From IMG/VR virus record IMGVR_UViG_3300009160_000053, positions 1-55,898 of that record: a stretch of DNA of 55,898 nt; one strand, 5' to 3'. A program made the position numbers and the translations under genes. This stretch comes from a virus. Lineage: Duplodnaviria > Caudoviricetes. Below are positions 1-8,433 of the stretch, in pieces (position 1 is the first letter of the stretch; the number at the start of each line of letters is the position of its first letter). The notes beneath the pieces were generated by a model. That model saw only the letters and a list, made by a program, of their open reading frames with translations. It was not told the DNA's origin and made no database searches.

Positions 1-12
1 GGAGTAACCACA

Positions 13-249
13 ATGATTGCAATATACAGACAGAACAACAAAGACTGGGTTCTCTCCACTGTGTTTGCCGACAATGTCGCAGGCATGATGTGGCGGGAAT
101 GGTTTGAGAAAGGCGGCTATCAAACCATGACCAAGACCGTCAACTCCGTAAGCGAGCTAACTGACGTCCTTTCCCCTGAGGAAGAGCTGATGTCGGAGAT
201 TTTGGCCGGGGAAAGATCCGGTGGGTTCAAAGGAGTCGATGATGAATAA
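13..249 (+). CDS. hypothetical phage protein
   Basis: GGAG at 1-4 upstream of ATG; 78 aa; overlaps the next gene. Confidence 0.6.
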   Translation: MIAIYRQNNKDWVLSTVFADNVAGMMWREWFEKGGYQTMTKTVNSVSELTDVLSPEEELMSEILAGERSGGFKGVDDE

Positions 250-427
250 ACCCATTCACAAGATGACCACGCGTGAGCTTAACAAGGAGTATAACTCCCT
301 GCAGTTCCGCATGAAGGAATTGAGCTGGAACGCGAGTGAGGTCCTGCGTTTGTGCCAGATCGAGCGCGAGATGGAAGACCGTGGGCTAATTGCCGTTCCA
401 GACTTCAAGTTCGAGGCCGTTTCTTGA
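242..427 (+). CDS. hypothetical phage protein
   Basis: AGGAG at 231-235 favours ATG 242 (or 239) over the ORF-track start at 221. Confidence 0.6.
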   Translation: MNKPIHKMTTRELNKEYNSLQFRMKELSWNASEVLRLCQIEREMEDRGLIAVPDFKFEAVS

Positions 428-442
428 CAACTTGTTGACAAT

Positions 443-814
443 ATGAATCTTATCAGCAATTACGTCGAAGAGACAGTGTTCGACCCGGACAATGTGGTGC
501 TAGCCGATGGCTTAGACGACGCCTTTGTGGGTGTTGGCAATGCTTTCGGTGGCACCCCTTGTGCCATTTACGACAAAGACAAAGTCATTGGAATCCTTAT
601 GACGCGGGACGTTATGACCTACGAAGAAGCGTGGGAGTTCTTCGAGTTCAACATCGCCGGCGCCTACGTCGGTGAAGCTACGCCCATCTTCATGAGCGTA
701 ATGGAAAGACCAACTGGTCAGTTCAAAGAGACACAGACCAGCAGCAGCTCGGCTGTGCTTACCCAAACAAAACCCAAACCCAAAACAAAACGGAGGAAAG
801 TTAAATCACAATGA
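443..814 (+). CDS. conserved hypothetical phage protein
   Basis: ADGLDDAFVG...AIYDKDKVI...EEAWEFFEFNIAGAYVGE.TPIF pattern, recognised as common in aquatic phages; Lys-rich tail. Confidence 0.8.
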   Translation: MNLISNYVEETVFDPDNVVLADGLDDAFVGVGNAFGGTPCAIYDKDKVIGILMTRDVMTYEEAWEFFEFNIAGAYVGEATPIFMSVMERPTGQFKETQTSSSSAVLTQTKPKPKTKRRKVKSQ

Positions 815-960
815 AGATTCATAAAATAGATGGAGAGCTGTACGTGGATTGGACATCCCCAACAGCTGTAGTGAAAGAAGTTCTCAAGATAGCCGGTGTT
901 GCAATCTTTGGGATTGTCAGCTTCTACGCCCTGTGGGTGTTGCTGGACCTAATCGCATGA
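811..960 (+). CDS. small membrane protein (49 aa, not in the ORF track)
   Basis: ATGA overlap with the previous stop; MKIHKIDGELYVDWTSPTAVVKEVLKIAGVAIFGIVSFYALWVLLDLIA has a C-terminal hydrophobic helix. Confidence 0.65.
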   Translation: MKIHKIDGELYVDWTSPTAVVKEVLKIAGVAIFGIVSFYALWVLLDLIA

Positions 961-990
961 CCATCTCCAAGCAGAAAGGAAGTAATACAC

Positions 991-1119
991 ATGACAGATG
1001 AAAGAGAGCAAGAGATTCGCGAAGAATGTAAGTGGGACGAGATAAGATGTCGTCAGCTTGACCGTGAAGATCGAGAGAACGGGACTGGCGACTACGCTCC
1101 TAGGGAGGACTGGCAATGA
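991..1119 (+). CDS. small acidic protein (42 aa, not in the ORF track)
   Basis: GAAAGGA upstream; MTDEREQEIREECKWDEIRCRQLDREDRENGTGDYAPREDWQ; ATGA overlap with the next gene. Confidence 0.6.
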   Translation: MTDEREQEIREECKWDEIRCRQLDREDRENGTGDYAPREDWQ

Positions 1120-1382
1120 AAAGTTCGATTCCGAGCAAAACACTTTGTGCCCGTTACTTCTTAGAAGGCAACGCTCCCAAGTGCAAAGGCAAGTATCAAA
1201 AAGTTAAACAAAGTTACCTGATTGCAGGCAAACGGATTCCCAATCTCTTGTTGTACATATGTGACAAGTGCGGGCACACGACTCTCCCTTGGGCATCCGC
1301 ATTACGAGTCGACAAAGCAACCGCTAAACACAGAGCAAAAATCAAAGAAAGGAAACAACATGGAAACAAACCTAAAAGATAA
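1116..1382 (+). CDS. YgiT/MqsA-type zinc-finger protein
   Basis: C..C-KGKY...YLIAGKRIPNLLLYICDKCGH...SALRVD matches the MqsA N-terminal Zn-ribbon layout; GGAGG upstream. Confidence 0.65.
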   Translation: MKSSIPSKTLCARYFLEGNAPKCKGKYQKVKQSYLIAGKRIPNLLLYICDKCGHTTLPWASALRVDKATAKHRAKIKERKQHGNKPKR

Positions 1383-1632
1383 GAAGACAAAAGAGCTAGA
1401 GGCCAAATGGCTAAAGCGATGCGAAGAATGGGATTGGAATTCTAGTATTGCTGACATTGCAAGGGATTTGAAAGACGAAGGTATCGAGTACAGGACAGCA
1501 GAGTTCAGCATTGTTGAACGAGTCTTCAATAAATACTTCGGTGGCAAGAATCATATGACGGGAGTGAACAGCGAAGGCATACCCGTCGTCCCCACAATGG
1601 AAGCCATCGGGGAAATCCTCGAGCAAATCTAA
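1360..1632 (+). CDS. hypothetical protein
   Basis: AAAGGAAACAAC-ATG at 1360; in frame with ORF 1222..1632. Confidence 0.7.
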   Translation: METNLKDKKTKELEAKWLKRCEEWDWNSSIADIARDLKDEGIEYRTAEFSIVERVFNKYFGGKNHMTGVNSEGIPVVPTMEAIGEILEQI

Positions 1633-1639
1633 TCGCAAC

Positions 1640-1873
1640 ATGAAACCCCCGCCAGCAGAGATGTGCGTTGACTGCCGAACTGGAATTTACCAGTGGGTCA
1701 CAAAAGATGACTTTATTGCAGGCATCACCATTAAAGATTTGCGGCATCAAGTATGCGACAACTGCGGCGAAGCCGTCTATGGAGCGCCAGCGCTAGAACG
1801 GATTAGCCGCGAAGTAAAAGAACATAAAGAAAGGAAAACGAAATGCCTAAAAAGACAAAGACAAAAGAACTAA
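1640..1873 (+). CDS. YgiT/MqsA-type zinc-finger protein
   Basis: CVDCRTG...GITIKDLRHQVCDNCGEAVYGAPALERI is the canonical CxxC...CxxCGE YgiT-type pattern; no HTH domain. Confidence 0.75.
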   Translation: MKPPPAEMCVDCRTGIYQWVTKDDFIAGITIKDLRHQVCDNCGEAVYGAPALERISREVKEHKERKTKCLKRQRQKN

Positions 1874-2142
1874 TGATGACGATAGACACAAGCAACAACG
1901 CCCTCAATGGCATCCCAGTTATACAATTCCTGGTAGCCATGCAAGGGCTGGAAGCTCTGGGTCGCGGCATGATGTTAACTCGGACTGCCACTCCTCAGCG
2001 TCTCATGGAGATTATATCGGCCATCAGCGGTGTTAAGTACAAACGAACCGACAGAAAATTGGCGCTCGAGCATGCGTATGTAATTGAGCATGCAATGAAA
2101 GAAAACAGAAGACAGCTGCAAGAGGACGCAGCACTTCGATGA
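1843..2142 (+). CDS. hypothetical protein
   Basis: GAAAGGA upstream; ATGA coupling with the next gene. Confidence 0.7.
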   Translation: MPKKTKTKELMMTIDTSNNALNGIPVIQFLVAMQGLEALGRGMMLTRTATPQRLMEIISAISGVKYKRTDRKLALEHAYVIEHAMKENRRQLQEDAALR

Positions 2143-2336
2143 GCAACAACCTACGGGCTTGGTTTGGCGAAGTGAAGAAAGGCGAAGTCCTTGTTGAGAC
2201 TGAAACTGGTAAACAGTTTGTTGTCGTTGGCAAGGGTGCCAGTACAGCGCATCTAAAAGTGAAAGACATAAACAAACGTGTTTATGAGTTTCACAATTGT
2301 TTCTTACACCCCTACTGCGAAGGAGAAACACCATGA
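2139..2336 (+). CDS. small hypothetical protein, possibly SH3/KOW-like
   Basis: ATGA overlaps at both ends; beta-rich VKKGEVLVETETGKQFVVVG. Confidence 0.6.
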   Translation: MSNNLRAWFGEVKKGEVLVETETGKQFVVVGKGASTAHLKVKDINKRVYEFHNCFLHPYCEGETP

Positions 2337-2515
2337 GCTACACCCTGCGCGAGTGTGACTGTGGTTCAGGAAGGAGTTCCGATTGGGAATATGACGGTTA
2401 CGGCCTACCGCTGTGCCGTACCTGCCCTGACTGCCGAGACACAAAGATTGGCAAGTTCCGGTCAGACATCTTCTCGCGGTACCAGTGCGATGAACCAATT
2501 GAAAATGATTACTAG
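2333..2515 (+). CDS. small Cys-rich (Zn-binding) protein
   Basis: AAGGAG upstream of ATG 2333; CDCGSG...CRTCPDC. Confidence 0.7.
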   Translation: MSYTLRECDCGSGRSSDWEYDGYGLPLCRTCPDCRDTKIGKFRSDIFSRYQCDEPIENDY

Positions 2516-2563
2516 GTGACCAGACCCCGATGGCAGCTCACCCCTGCCATTCGGTCTGTTCAC
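2516..2563 (+). other. intergenic stem-loop
   Basis: GTGACCAGACCCCGATGGCAG / CTGCCATTCGGTCTGTTCAC imperfect inverted repeat directly after a stop codon; no U-tract. Confidence 0.6.
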
Positions 2564-2599
2564 GATGAACAGACATTAACCAATAAAAAGGAGGATACT

Positions 2600-2923
2600 A
2601 TGAGTCACATTATCACCCCGACAGTTGAACAAGTCGACACGTTCGGCGAAGCAACAGATCGGAAAAACAAAGCGGACAAGTTACGTAACGCTGTGTACCC
2701 GCTATTCAAACTAAGTTACGAGCAAAACAACATCGGAACCTTTGTCGGCACACGCTGGCAAGTCAAAGCAGCAGAGACCACACGGTCTTCGTTAGACGTG
2801 TACCTGCTGATTGAAGCCCTTGCGAAGCTTGGCATTGAAGCCCCTGCCCAGTTGGTAGACGGCTGCTACACCAAGAACACTTACCCTTCGTTTCGGGCAA
2901 GCCCTATCCCGGTGTTAATCTAA
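2600..2923 (+). CDS. hypothetical protein
   Basis: AAGGAGG SD before ATG 2600; TAATG coupling to the rIIA-like gene. Confidence 0.75.
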   Translation: MSHIITPTVEQVDTFGEATDRKNKADKLRNAVYPLFKLSYEQNNIGTFVGTRWQVKAAETTRSSLDVYLLIEALAKLGIEAPAQLVDGCYTKNTYPSFRASPIPVLI

Positions 2924-5115
2924 TGGTTATTACACAAGATAGACCGTCGCCCGCGTCAACGGGCGTCAAATCAGAAGTTGGTTTCACCATTGACCCACGC
3001 AACCTGGCACACGTTGTCGGATTGTTGCGCGATGCTTACTCAGACCCAATCGCTGCGGTCTTGCGTGAGTATTCCGTCAACGCCTACGACGCACACGTCG
3101 AAGCCGGCATACCCGATAAGCAAGTGCATATCACCCTGCCCGGCCGGTTTGACCCAACACTCAAGATTCGCGACTTCGGTCGTGGCTTGAGCGAAGATCA
3201 GATCGAAGGCTTGTTTTGTAGCTACGGTGCTTCCAGCAAGCGAGAAAGTAACGATTACACCGGTTGCCTCGGCATCGGCTGTAAGTCAGCGTTTGCAATA
3301 ACGGACTCGTTCTCCGTAACTACATACCACGGAGGTCGAGCACGTACTTACTCCTGCTACCTTGATGAGTCGGAGGTTGGCAAAGCGGCATTACTCAGCG
3401 ACGTCGCTTCCAAAGAGACTGGTCTCTTAATTAGCATCCCGATCAAGAAAGATCAGATGAGTGAGGTCGAGTCGACCGCAGTCAAAGTGTTTCGGTTCTT
3501 TAAGGTGCAACCGCACATTGAGAACCCAAGCACAAAGACCACGATCGAATTGACCAGGCCACGCTACGACTACGATGGCGGCGACATCAAAATTGCTAAG
3601 GAATCCGGCGATTCAATGGTCATCATGGGTAACATTGGTTATCCGCTTGAGGCCAGCCAATTGCCCTCTGACAAGCTGCGTGAGATAGTTAACCATCACA
3701 CGATTCACTTGCACATGCCCATCGGGGCGGTGGACATCGCCCCATCTCGCGAAGACTTAAAGTACAATCCTCGCACCAAAGCGGCGCTCGTGGCTGCTTT
3801 GAGCAAGGGCTTCGTAGAGGTGGGTCAGAAGGCTGTAATGGATATCGCGGGAAGCACAAACTTGCTAAACGCTTTAAGTGTTTACGAGGTAGTTTTTAAC
3901 GCGTATCACCTCGGCCCTTATATTCGCAAGCTCGGTCTGACGCCAAAGTACAAAGGCAAAGAGCTCAAAAGCTCTTCGCTGAGCGTAAGTCTGTCTGAGG
4001 AAGAGATAGCCAAACACAGAGTCACTGTAAGGAGGCTAAGTAAGCTTCGTTACAACCGACGTGGTAGGAACTACGAGCTTACTGCTACTGATTCAATAGA
4101 CGTTCGTAGCGGCACGGTTGTGTACCTAGACACAAAGTCATCGGTGCATGACTTCTTCGGCAGAGTCCGCACTTTACTGGAGACGCCGGACTTCGAAATT
4201 GCGTACGTTGTCAAAGCTCGCGGCAACGGCTTTGACTTCTTAAGCAAGAAGCACCCGCTGCTTCAAGAGATACAATTCACGCCAATCGAAGATGTGGCTT
4301 TTACCGAAGCTCCCAAGACAACAGTCAATGGAGTCTCGGCAGGCCCTATCGCTAAGCACGACGAAGAAGTGTTTACACTCGATACGGCAATGATTGGCCG
4401 ATACTCCAACAAGCAGTCAGATTATTGGAAGAGCGCCAAGGTCAACCTCAGTAATCCCAATGGTGGCGTTTACTTAGAGATTGATCGTTTCCTCATCAAT
4501 GGTGTTACGTCACCAAGGAACTTTGAGGATACTTACAATTCGTTTTGTAAGCTCGGCTTTGACGAAAAGGTGTATGGCTTCAAGCCGTCTGTAGTTGAAG
4601 AGATCAAGAAAGGTAATCATCCGCAATGGGTGAGCTTGCATGACAAGCGCATCGAGCTGCTCAACGCTAAGATTGCCAGAGATCCAGACGCTTTCTGGAA
4701 CCACTACTTCTTCGTTCAACATAAGAGTGGCCAAGAAGATCATGTCGATTCGTTCATGTCAGAAGAGCTGGTGTTGCCAGCTGGCTCTGTTGCACATCAG
4801 TACCAGCAAGCTTTGAGAGACTGTTCTAAACATACAGATCTCATAAACCGTTGCCGGTACGAAGTTGAAAATCATGCGGCTTCTATGGCAGCAAACATTA
4901 AGCCAAAGATTGACTGCGATCTGTTGCAACAAGCTTACAACGCTCGGTACCCAATGAACATACATTGGGACTGGGACAACGACTCCTTCCTTAAAGACAA
5001 CACAACTATTAAGGCAAGACGTCAGCGTAACTTCAAACACCTTTCGGATTACATTCAGCTGGTTGACGAATGCAAACCGATCAAAACAACAATCAACCAA
5101 AAGGAGGTTAAGTAA
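2923..5115 (+). CDS. rIIA: rIIA-like protein with N-terminal GHKL (HATPase_c) domain
   Basis: YSDPIAAVLREYSVNAYDAH, IRDFGRGLS, YGASSKRESNDYTGCLGIGCKSAFA, GLLISIP motifs; next to an rIIB-like gene. Confidence 0.9.
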   Translation: MVITQDRPSPASTGVKSEVGFTIDPRNLAHVVGLLRDAYSDPIAAVLREYSVNAYDAHVEAGIPDKQVHITLPGRFDPTLKIRDFGRGLSEDQIEGLFCSYGASSKRESNDYTGCLGIGCKSAFAITDSFSVTTYHGGRARTYSCYLDESEVGKAALLSDVASKETGLLISIPIKKDQMSEVESTAVKVFRFFKVQPHIENPSTKTTIELTRPRYDYDGGDIKIAKESGDSMVIMGNIGYPLEASQLPSDKLREIVNHHTIHLHMPIGAVDIAPSREDLKYNPRTKAALVAALSKGFVEVGQKAVMDIAGSTNLLNALSVYEVVFNAYHLGPYIRKLGLTPKYKGKELKSSSLSVSLSEEEIAKHRVTVRRLSKLRYNRRGRNYELTATDSIDVRSGTVVYLDTKSSVHDFFGRVRTLLETPDFEIAYVVKARGNGFDFLSKKHPLLQEIQFTPIEDVAFTEAPKTTVNGVSAGPIAKHDEEVFTLDTAMIGRYSNKQSDYWKSAKVNLSNPNGGVYLEIDRFLINGVTSPRNFEDTYNSFCKLGFDEKVYGFKPSVVEEIKKGNHPQWVSLHDKRIELLNAKIARDPDAFWNHYFFVQHKSGQEDHVDSFMSEELVLPAGSVAHQYQQALRDCSKHTDLINRCRYEVENHAASMAANIKPKIDCDLLQQAYNARYPMNIHWDWDNDSFLKDNTTIKARRQRNFKHLSDYIQLVDECKPIKTTINQKEVK

Positions 5116-5116
5116 T

Positions 5117-5893
5117 ATGGAAGTAGCATCAATCATCAATCGCGATTCCCTCTCCGCCACAATCGGTACGGAATCGTTCAACATCCCCAGTTCTCATCCC
5201 AAGTTTGAGGACATACGGAGGGCGTTGCTAGACGGAACACCCGGCGAAGAGATTCTGCCGATGTTCCAGACTGCTAAAGCTGTAGTCGACTATACTGACG
5301 GAGCTATTGAGATTCGCGGTGGCAAGGTGTTCTTTGCCAACGAGGAAGTTGGTGGCTCGGTGGTAGACCGCATTCTAGAGTTCATGTCGGAAAAGTTGCC
5401 CAACAAGCCACTATTCCGCTTCCTAGAACGCGTCATGCGCAACCCATCCATGCGCAGTCGCGAGCAGTTATACGACTTCTTGGAGCACAAGAACCTGCCA
5501 CTCACGACCGATGGCAAGTTCCTTGCTTACAAGAGCGTTAGCCGTGAATACATGGATCATCACACTGGCAAGATCTCCAACAAGATCGGCAGCGTGATCG
5601 CCATGCCACGGCATCGGATCTCAGACGATCCTAGCCTTGGTTGTCACACCGGCCTTCACGTCGGTGCGCTCCAATACGCAGCAGACTTTGGCGGCTCTGA
5701 CCGCAAGGTAGTCATCTGCGAGATCGATCCTGAGCATGTAGTGTCTGTGCCACTTGACTGTGAGTGCCAGAAAATGCGTGTCTGTCAGTACCGTGTGGTA
5801 GCTGATTACACAGGTCCGATCGAAAGAAGCCTTGTCGATGATTACGACGATGAAGAGTCGTACGACGAAGACGAAGTAACCTCAACCCAATAA
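5117..5893 (+). CDS. rIIB: rIIB-like protein
   Basis: AAGGAGG before ATG 5117; NPS..SREQLYDFL, TTDGKFLAYKSV, MPR..ISDDP...CHTGLHVG, DPEHVVSVP.D...KMRVCQY motifs. Confidence 0.9.
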   Translation: MEVASIINRDSLSATIGTESFNIPSSHPKFEDIRRALLDGTPGEEILPMFQTAKAVVDYTDGAIEIRGGKVFFANEEVGGSVVDRILEFMSEKLPNKPLFRFLERVMRNPSMRSREQLYDFLEHKNLPLTTDGKFLAYKSVSREYMDHHTGKISNKIGSVIAMPRHRISDDPSLGCHTGLHVGALQYAADFGGSDRKVVICEIDPEHVVSVPLDCECQKMRVCQYRVVADYTGPIERSLVDDYDDEESYDEDEVTSTQ

Positions 5894-5900
5894 GGAGATC

Positions 5901-5933
5901 GATGGCTCCGGGGGAAATCCCCCCGGGGCCGTC
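5901..5933 (+). other. GC-rich intergenic RNA hairpin
   Basis: GATGGCTCCGGGGG-AAATC-CCCCCGGGGCCGTC; both non-Watson-Crick positions are G.U on the + strand. Confidence 0.7.
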
Positions 5934-5941
5934 ACATTATT

Positions 5942-6160
5942 ATGAGTCTACTTAACAGAGCGGCAGTCAAACGTTGCGCGTTGGACATGGCCAGCTTCAA
6001 GTTCAAGGAGCGCAACAAGACAAGATTAGAGATGGGCATCGCACCAATGAAAGCTTCTCCATCAAGAGTAAGCAGTCAATTCATGGATACTTTTGAAGCC
6101 AAAGTGATTGGGTTATTAACCTCAATGGTTAACGATCACAAGACTGGCTTAACACTATAA
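5942..6160 (+). CDS. small basic protein, possible histone fold
   Basis: LLNRAAVKR...RVSSQFMDTFEAKV..LL...V...KTGLTL resembles short prokaryotic histone folds. Confidence 0.5.
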   Translation: MSLLNRAAVKRCALDMASFKFKERNKTRLEMGIAPMKASPSRVSSQFMDTFEAKVIGLLTSMVNDHKTGLTL

Positions 6161-6175
6161 ACGAAAGGAAACAAC

Positions 6176-6514
6176 ATGTTACAAAAAATAGCTAACCCTC
6201 CCCTACCCGTCGTATGGGAGTCAGGAAGATTGGCCAAGACCTTCGGTCAGCCAGAAATGAAACGCTGTGCAACCTCTGACTTTCCGGAGGATCATTGCAC
6301 TGTTCGCACTCATGCCGTCCGAGAAGGTTCGAATGCTCACGTCGCCATATACTTCAAGCGCGCCGACCAAAACAGAATGGTCGCTTACATGTACGGTGAA
6401 CAGGGCGATAGGAAAGTTGGATTCAACAGCGGGGGCTGCTCAGTCCTTGATCTACCCCACGTACTAAAGATCATCAACGACATCGAAGGAATGTTGGCTT
6501 CGCTCAAGTCTTGA
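6176..6514 (+). CDS. hypothetical protein
   Basis: GAAAGGAAACAAC-ATG. Confidence 0.7.
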   Translation: MLQKIANPPLPVVWESGRLAKTFGQPEMKRCATSDFPEDHCTVRTHAVREGSNAHVAIYFKRADQNRMVAYMYGEQGDRKVGFNSGGCSVLDLPHVLKIINDIEGMLASLKS

Positions 6515-6520
6515 CATTTT

Positions 6521-7210
6521 ATGATCAATACTACTACGCCAGACGCATTCTTCGATTCACTTACCAAAAAGGAAATTGATGACCAAACCCAGTACTGGAT
6601 AAAGCACACACCTAACTCAATCGACGAAGTCTTTCGACGTTGGTTGTTTGCTTACACCTCCATCCACACAGGTTGGCAAGCCAATGTCATGGGCTATCAG
6701 GCCATCAAGGACTTCATTCACTGGAAGTGGAACAAGTCAGAGTTACGCAAGCGGTTACGCAAAAGCGGTTGCGGTATGCACAACGTGCGCACTAACTACA
6801 TTTGGGAATTCAGCAAGAAGTTTTGGTCCAATACACCTGACTACCTGGCGCAAGCCGGCGAGTCTTGGCGCTCTTACCGCGACAGGCTTGTACAAAACAA
6901 CAAGGGTATCGGCATCGCCAAGGTAAGTTATGTCTTGGAATTAATGTACCCCCTCACCTGCAAGGTGCTGTGTGGTGACATTCATCAGTGTCGCGCCTAC
7001 GGATTCAAAACAAATCTCGGGGACGACGGCACTGACAAGCATAAGTACGAAACAATGGAGTATCACTGGGTTCAAAAGAGTATTGCCTCCGGAACTAGTG
7101 GTCCCGTAGCTCGTCAGATCTTCTGGAATCGCATGAAGAAACAACCCAACAGCCGATTCTGGAGTTGGGTATTCGAAGAAGAAAGCTTCGCTATCACCAA
7201 CCCGTCATGA
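6521..7210 (+). CDS. HhH-GPD superfamily DNA glycosylase-like protein
   Basis: KGIGIAKVSYVL HhH-like motif followed by VLCGDIH (candidate catalytic Asp); SGCGMHNVR resembles the Ogg2/EndoIII G-F/M...R/K segment. Confidence 0.65.
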   Translation: MINTTTPDAFFDSLTKKEIDDQTQYWIKHTPNSIDEVFRRWLFAYTSIHTGWQANVMGYQAIKDFIHWKWNKSELRKRLRKSGCGMHNVRTNYIWEFSKKFWSNTPDYLAQAGESWRSYRDRLVQNNKGIGIAKVSYVLELMYPLTCKVLCGDIHQCRAYGFKTNLGDDGTDKHKYETMEYHWVQKSIASGTSGPVARQIFWNRMKKQPNSRFWSWVFEEESFAITNPS

Positions 7211-7425
7211 AAGCCCGTTGGTTCATGCATTACAACAAGCCTGAAAGCAGGCGCAAGGGTCATGCCGTTATGACTCTTCACTACAAAGACGTCTGTCACC
7301 TGGTTCGCAACGTCGTGGTTAACACGCCCTGCGAAAGCCATGAACGGACAAATCAACCCCGCTGCGTAATTCGTGGCTGGGCAACTGATGTCGTCATTAA
7401 CGACGGCATCGCAACCATCAACTGA
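7207..7425 (+). CDS. conserved hypothetical phage protein
   Basis: ATGA overlap; WFMHYNKP...TLHYKDVC...QPRCVIRG. Confidence 0.7.
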   Translation: MKARWFMHYNKPESRRKGHAVMTLHYKDVCHLVRNVVVNTPCESHERTNQPRCVIRGWATDVVINDGIATIN

Positions 7426-7435
7426 AAGGATACCA

Positions 7436-8233
7436 ATGAAAATACTAACTCTCGATGAAATCAGAAACCAAGCGCCCGCAGCGTTTGCAACTCAACCCAA
7501 CCCGAAAGTCTCAAAGCGCTACGGGTTCATCAGCACAGTAGAAACTCTTAAGGCTTACGAGAACCTTGGTTGGTTCCCCGTCAAAGCCCGTCAGTCCTTC
7601 ACAAGGATCGAAAGCAATCGACCTTACACCCGCCACGAGATCACCTTCGCTCGTCCGGATGAGAAACCGATTGAGAAGCTTGGCGACGTGTCACCTCGCA
7701 TCCGCCTGCTCAACAGTCACGGGACGGAATCCACCTGGAACAACATTGCCGAGCTGTGCCGAATGATTTGTAGCAACGGCTTAGTCGTTTCAATGGGTTC
7801 TGCCTTTGACTTCCGTGTTCGCCACACAATGTCAGCTGTCGAAAATATTACGGAAACCATTGGGAAGATAGGAGAAGCCTTCCCCATGATTCTGTCCAAA
7901 GCAGAAGCTTGGTCACAGTTAAAGCTTGGTGACGGCAAGATTCTCGCTCTTGGCGCAGCTGCTCTGTCTATTCGGTACGGCCAAGATGAGTCCAAATGGC
8001 CAGCCAATCCAATGGCGATCTCGTTAACTACGCGTCGCCAAGACGACGTAGGGAACGATCTGTGGACGGTGTTCAACAGAGTGCAAGAGAACATTACCCG
8101 CAACGGCAACGTACCAACCAACAAAGTTAACAATCGCCGGCGTTCGATTCGGACCATCCGATCAATCGATTCCGACCTAACCATCAACAAGAAATTGTGG
8201 GAAGCCGCCGAGCAACTGGCGCTTTCCGCCTAA
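7436..8233 (+). CDS. DUF932 family protein
   Basis: APAAFA...SKRYGFIST, HEITF, LLNSHGT, RMICSNGLV, RRQDD...LWTVFNRVQEN, INKKLW; GAAAGGA before ATG 7436. Confidence 0.85.
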   Translation: MKILTLDEIRNQAPAAFATQPNPKVSKRYGFISTVETLKAYENLGWFPVKARQSFTRIESNRPYTRHEITFARPDEKPIEKLGDVSPRIRLLNSHGTESTWNNIAELCRMICSNGLVVSMGSAFDFRVRHTMSAVENITETIGKIGEAFPMILSKAEAWSQLKLGDGKILALGAAALSIRYGQDESKWPANPMAISLTTRRQDDVGNDLWTVFNRVQENITRNGNVPTNKVNNRRRSIRTIRSIDSDLTINKKLWEAAEQLALSA

Positions 8234-8247
8234 CCCTGAAAGGAACT

Positions 8248-8433
8248 ATGAGAAAAGGAAGACCACGTATCTATTGGGACAAGCTTGTCCAAGGCATTCG
8301 TCGCCGCGGACACTTGTCACAACAACAACTAGCAAACCTGCTCAACACCAGCCAACCAGTCATAAGCAACTGGGAATGGTCGGTGGCCGAGCCTCAGCTC
8401 CGCTTCAAGCGGAAGCTAGAGGTTCTTGCTTGA
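8248..8433 (+). CDS. XRE-family helix-turn-helix protein
   Basis: IRRRGHLSQQQLANLLNTSQPVISNWE...EP; GAAAGGA SD. Confidence 0.85.
   Translation: MRKGRPRIYWDKLVQGIRRRGHLSQQQLANLLNTSQPVISNWEWSVAEPQLRFKRKLEVLA

Noticed and set aside
424-440. TTGACA copies at 424/435, also 6511 and TTGACC at 51717
   Set aside because: They overlap stop codons or lie too close to the next ATG to fit a -10 element
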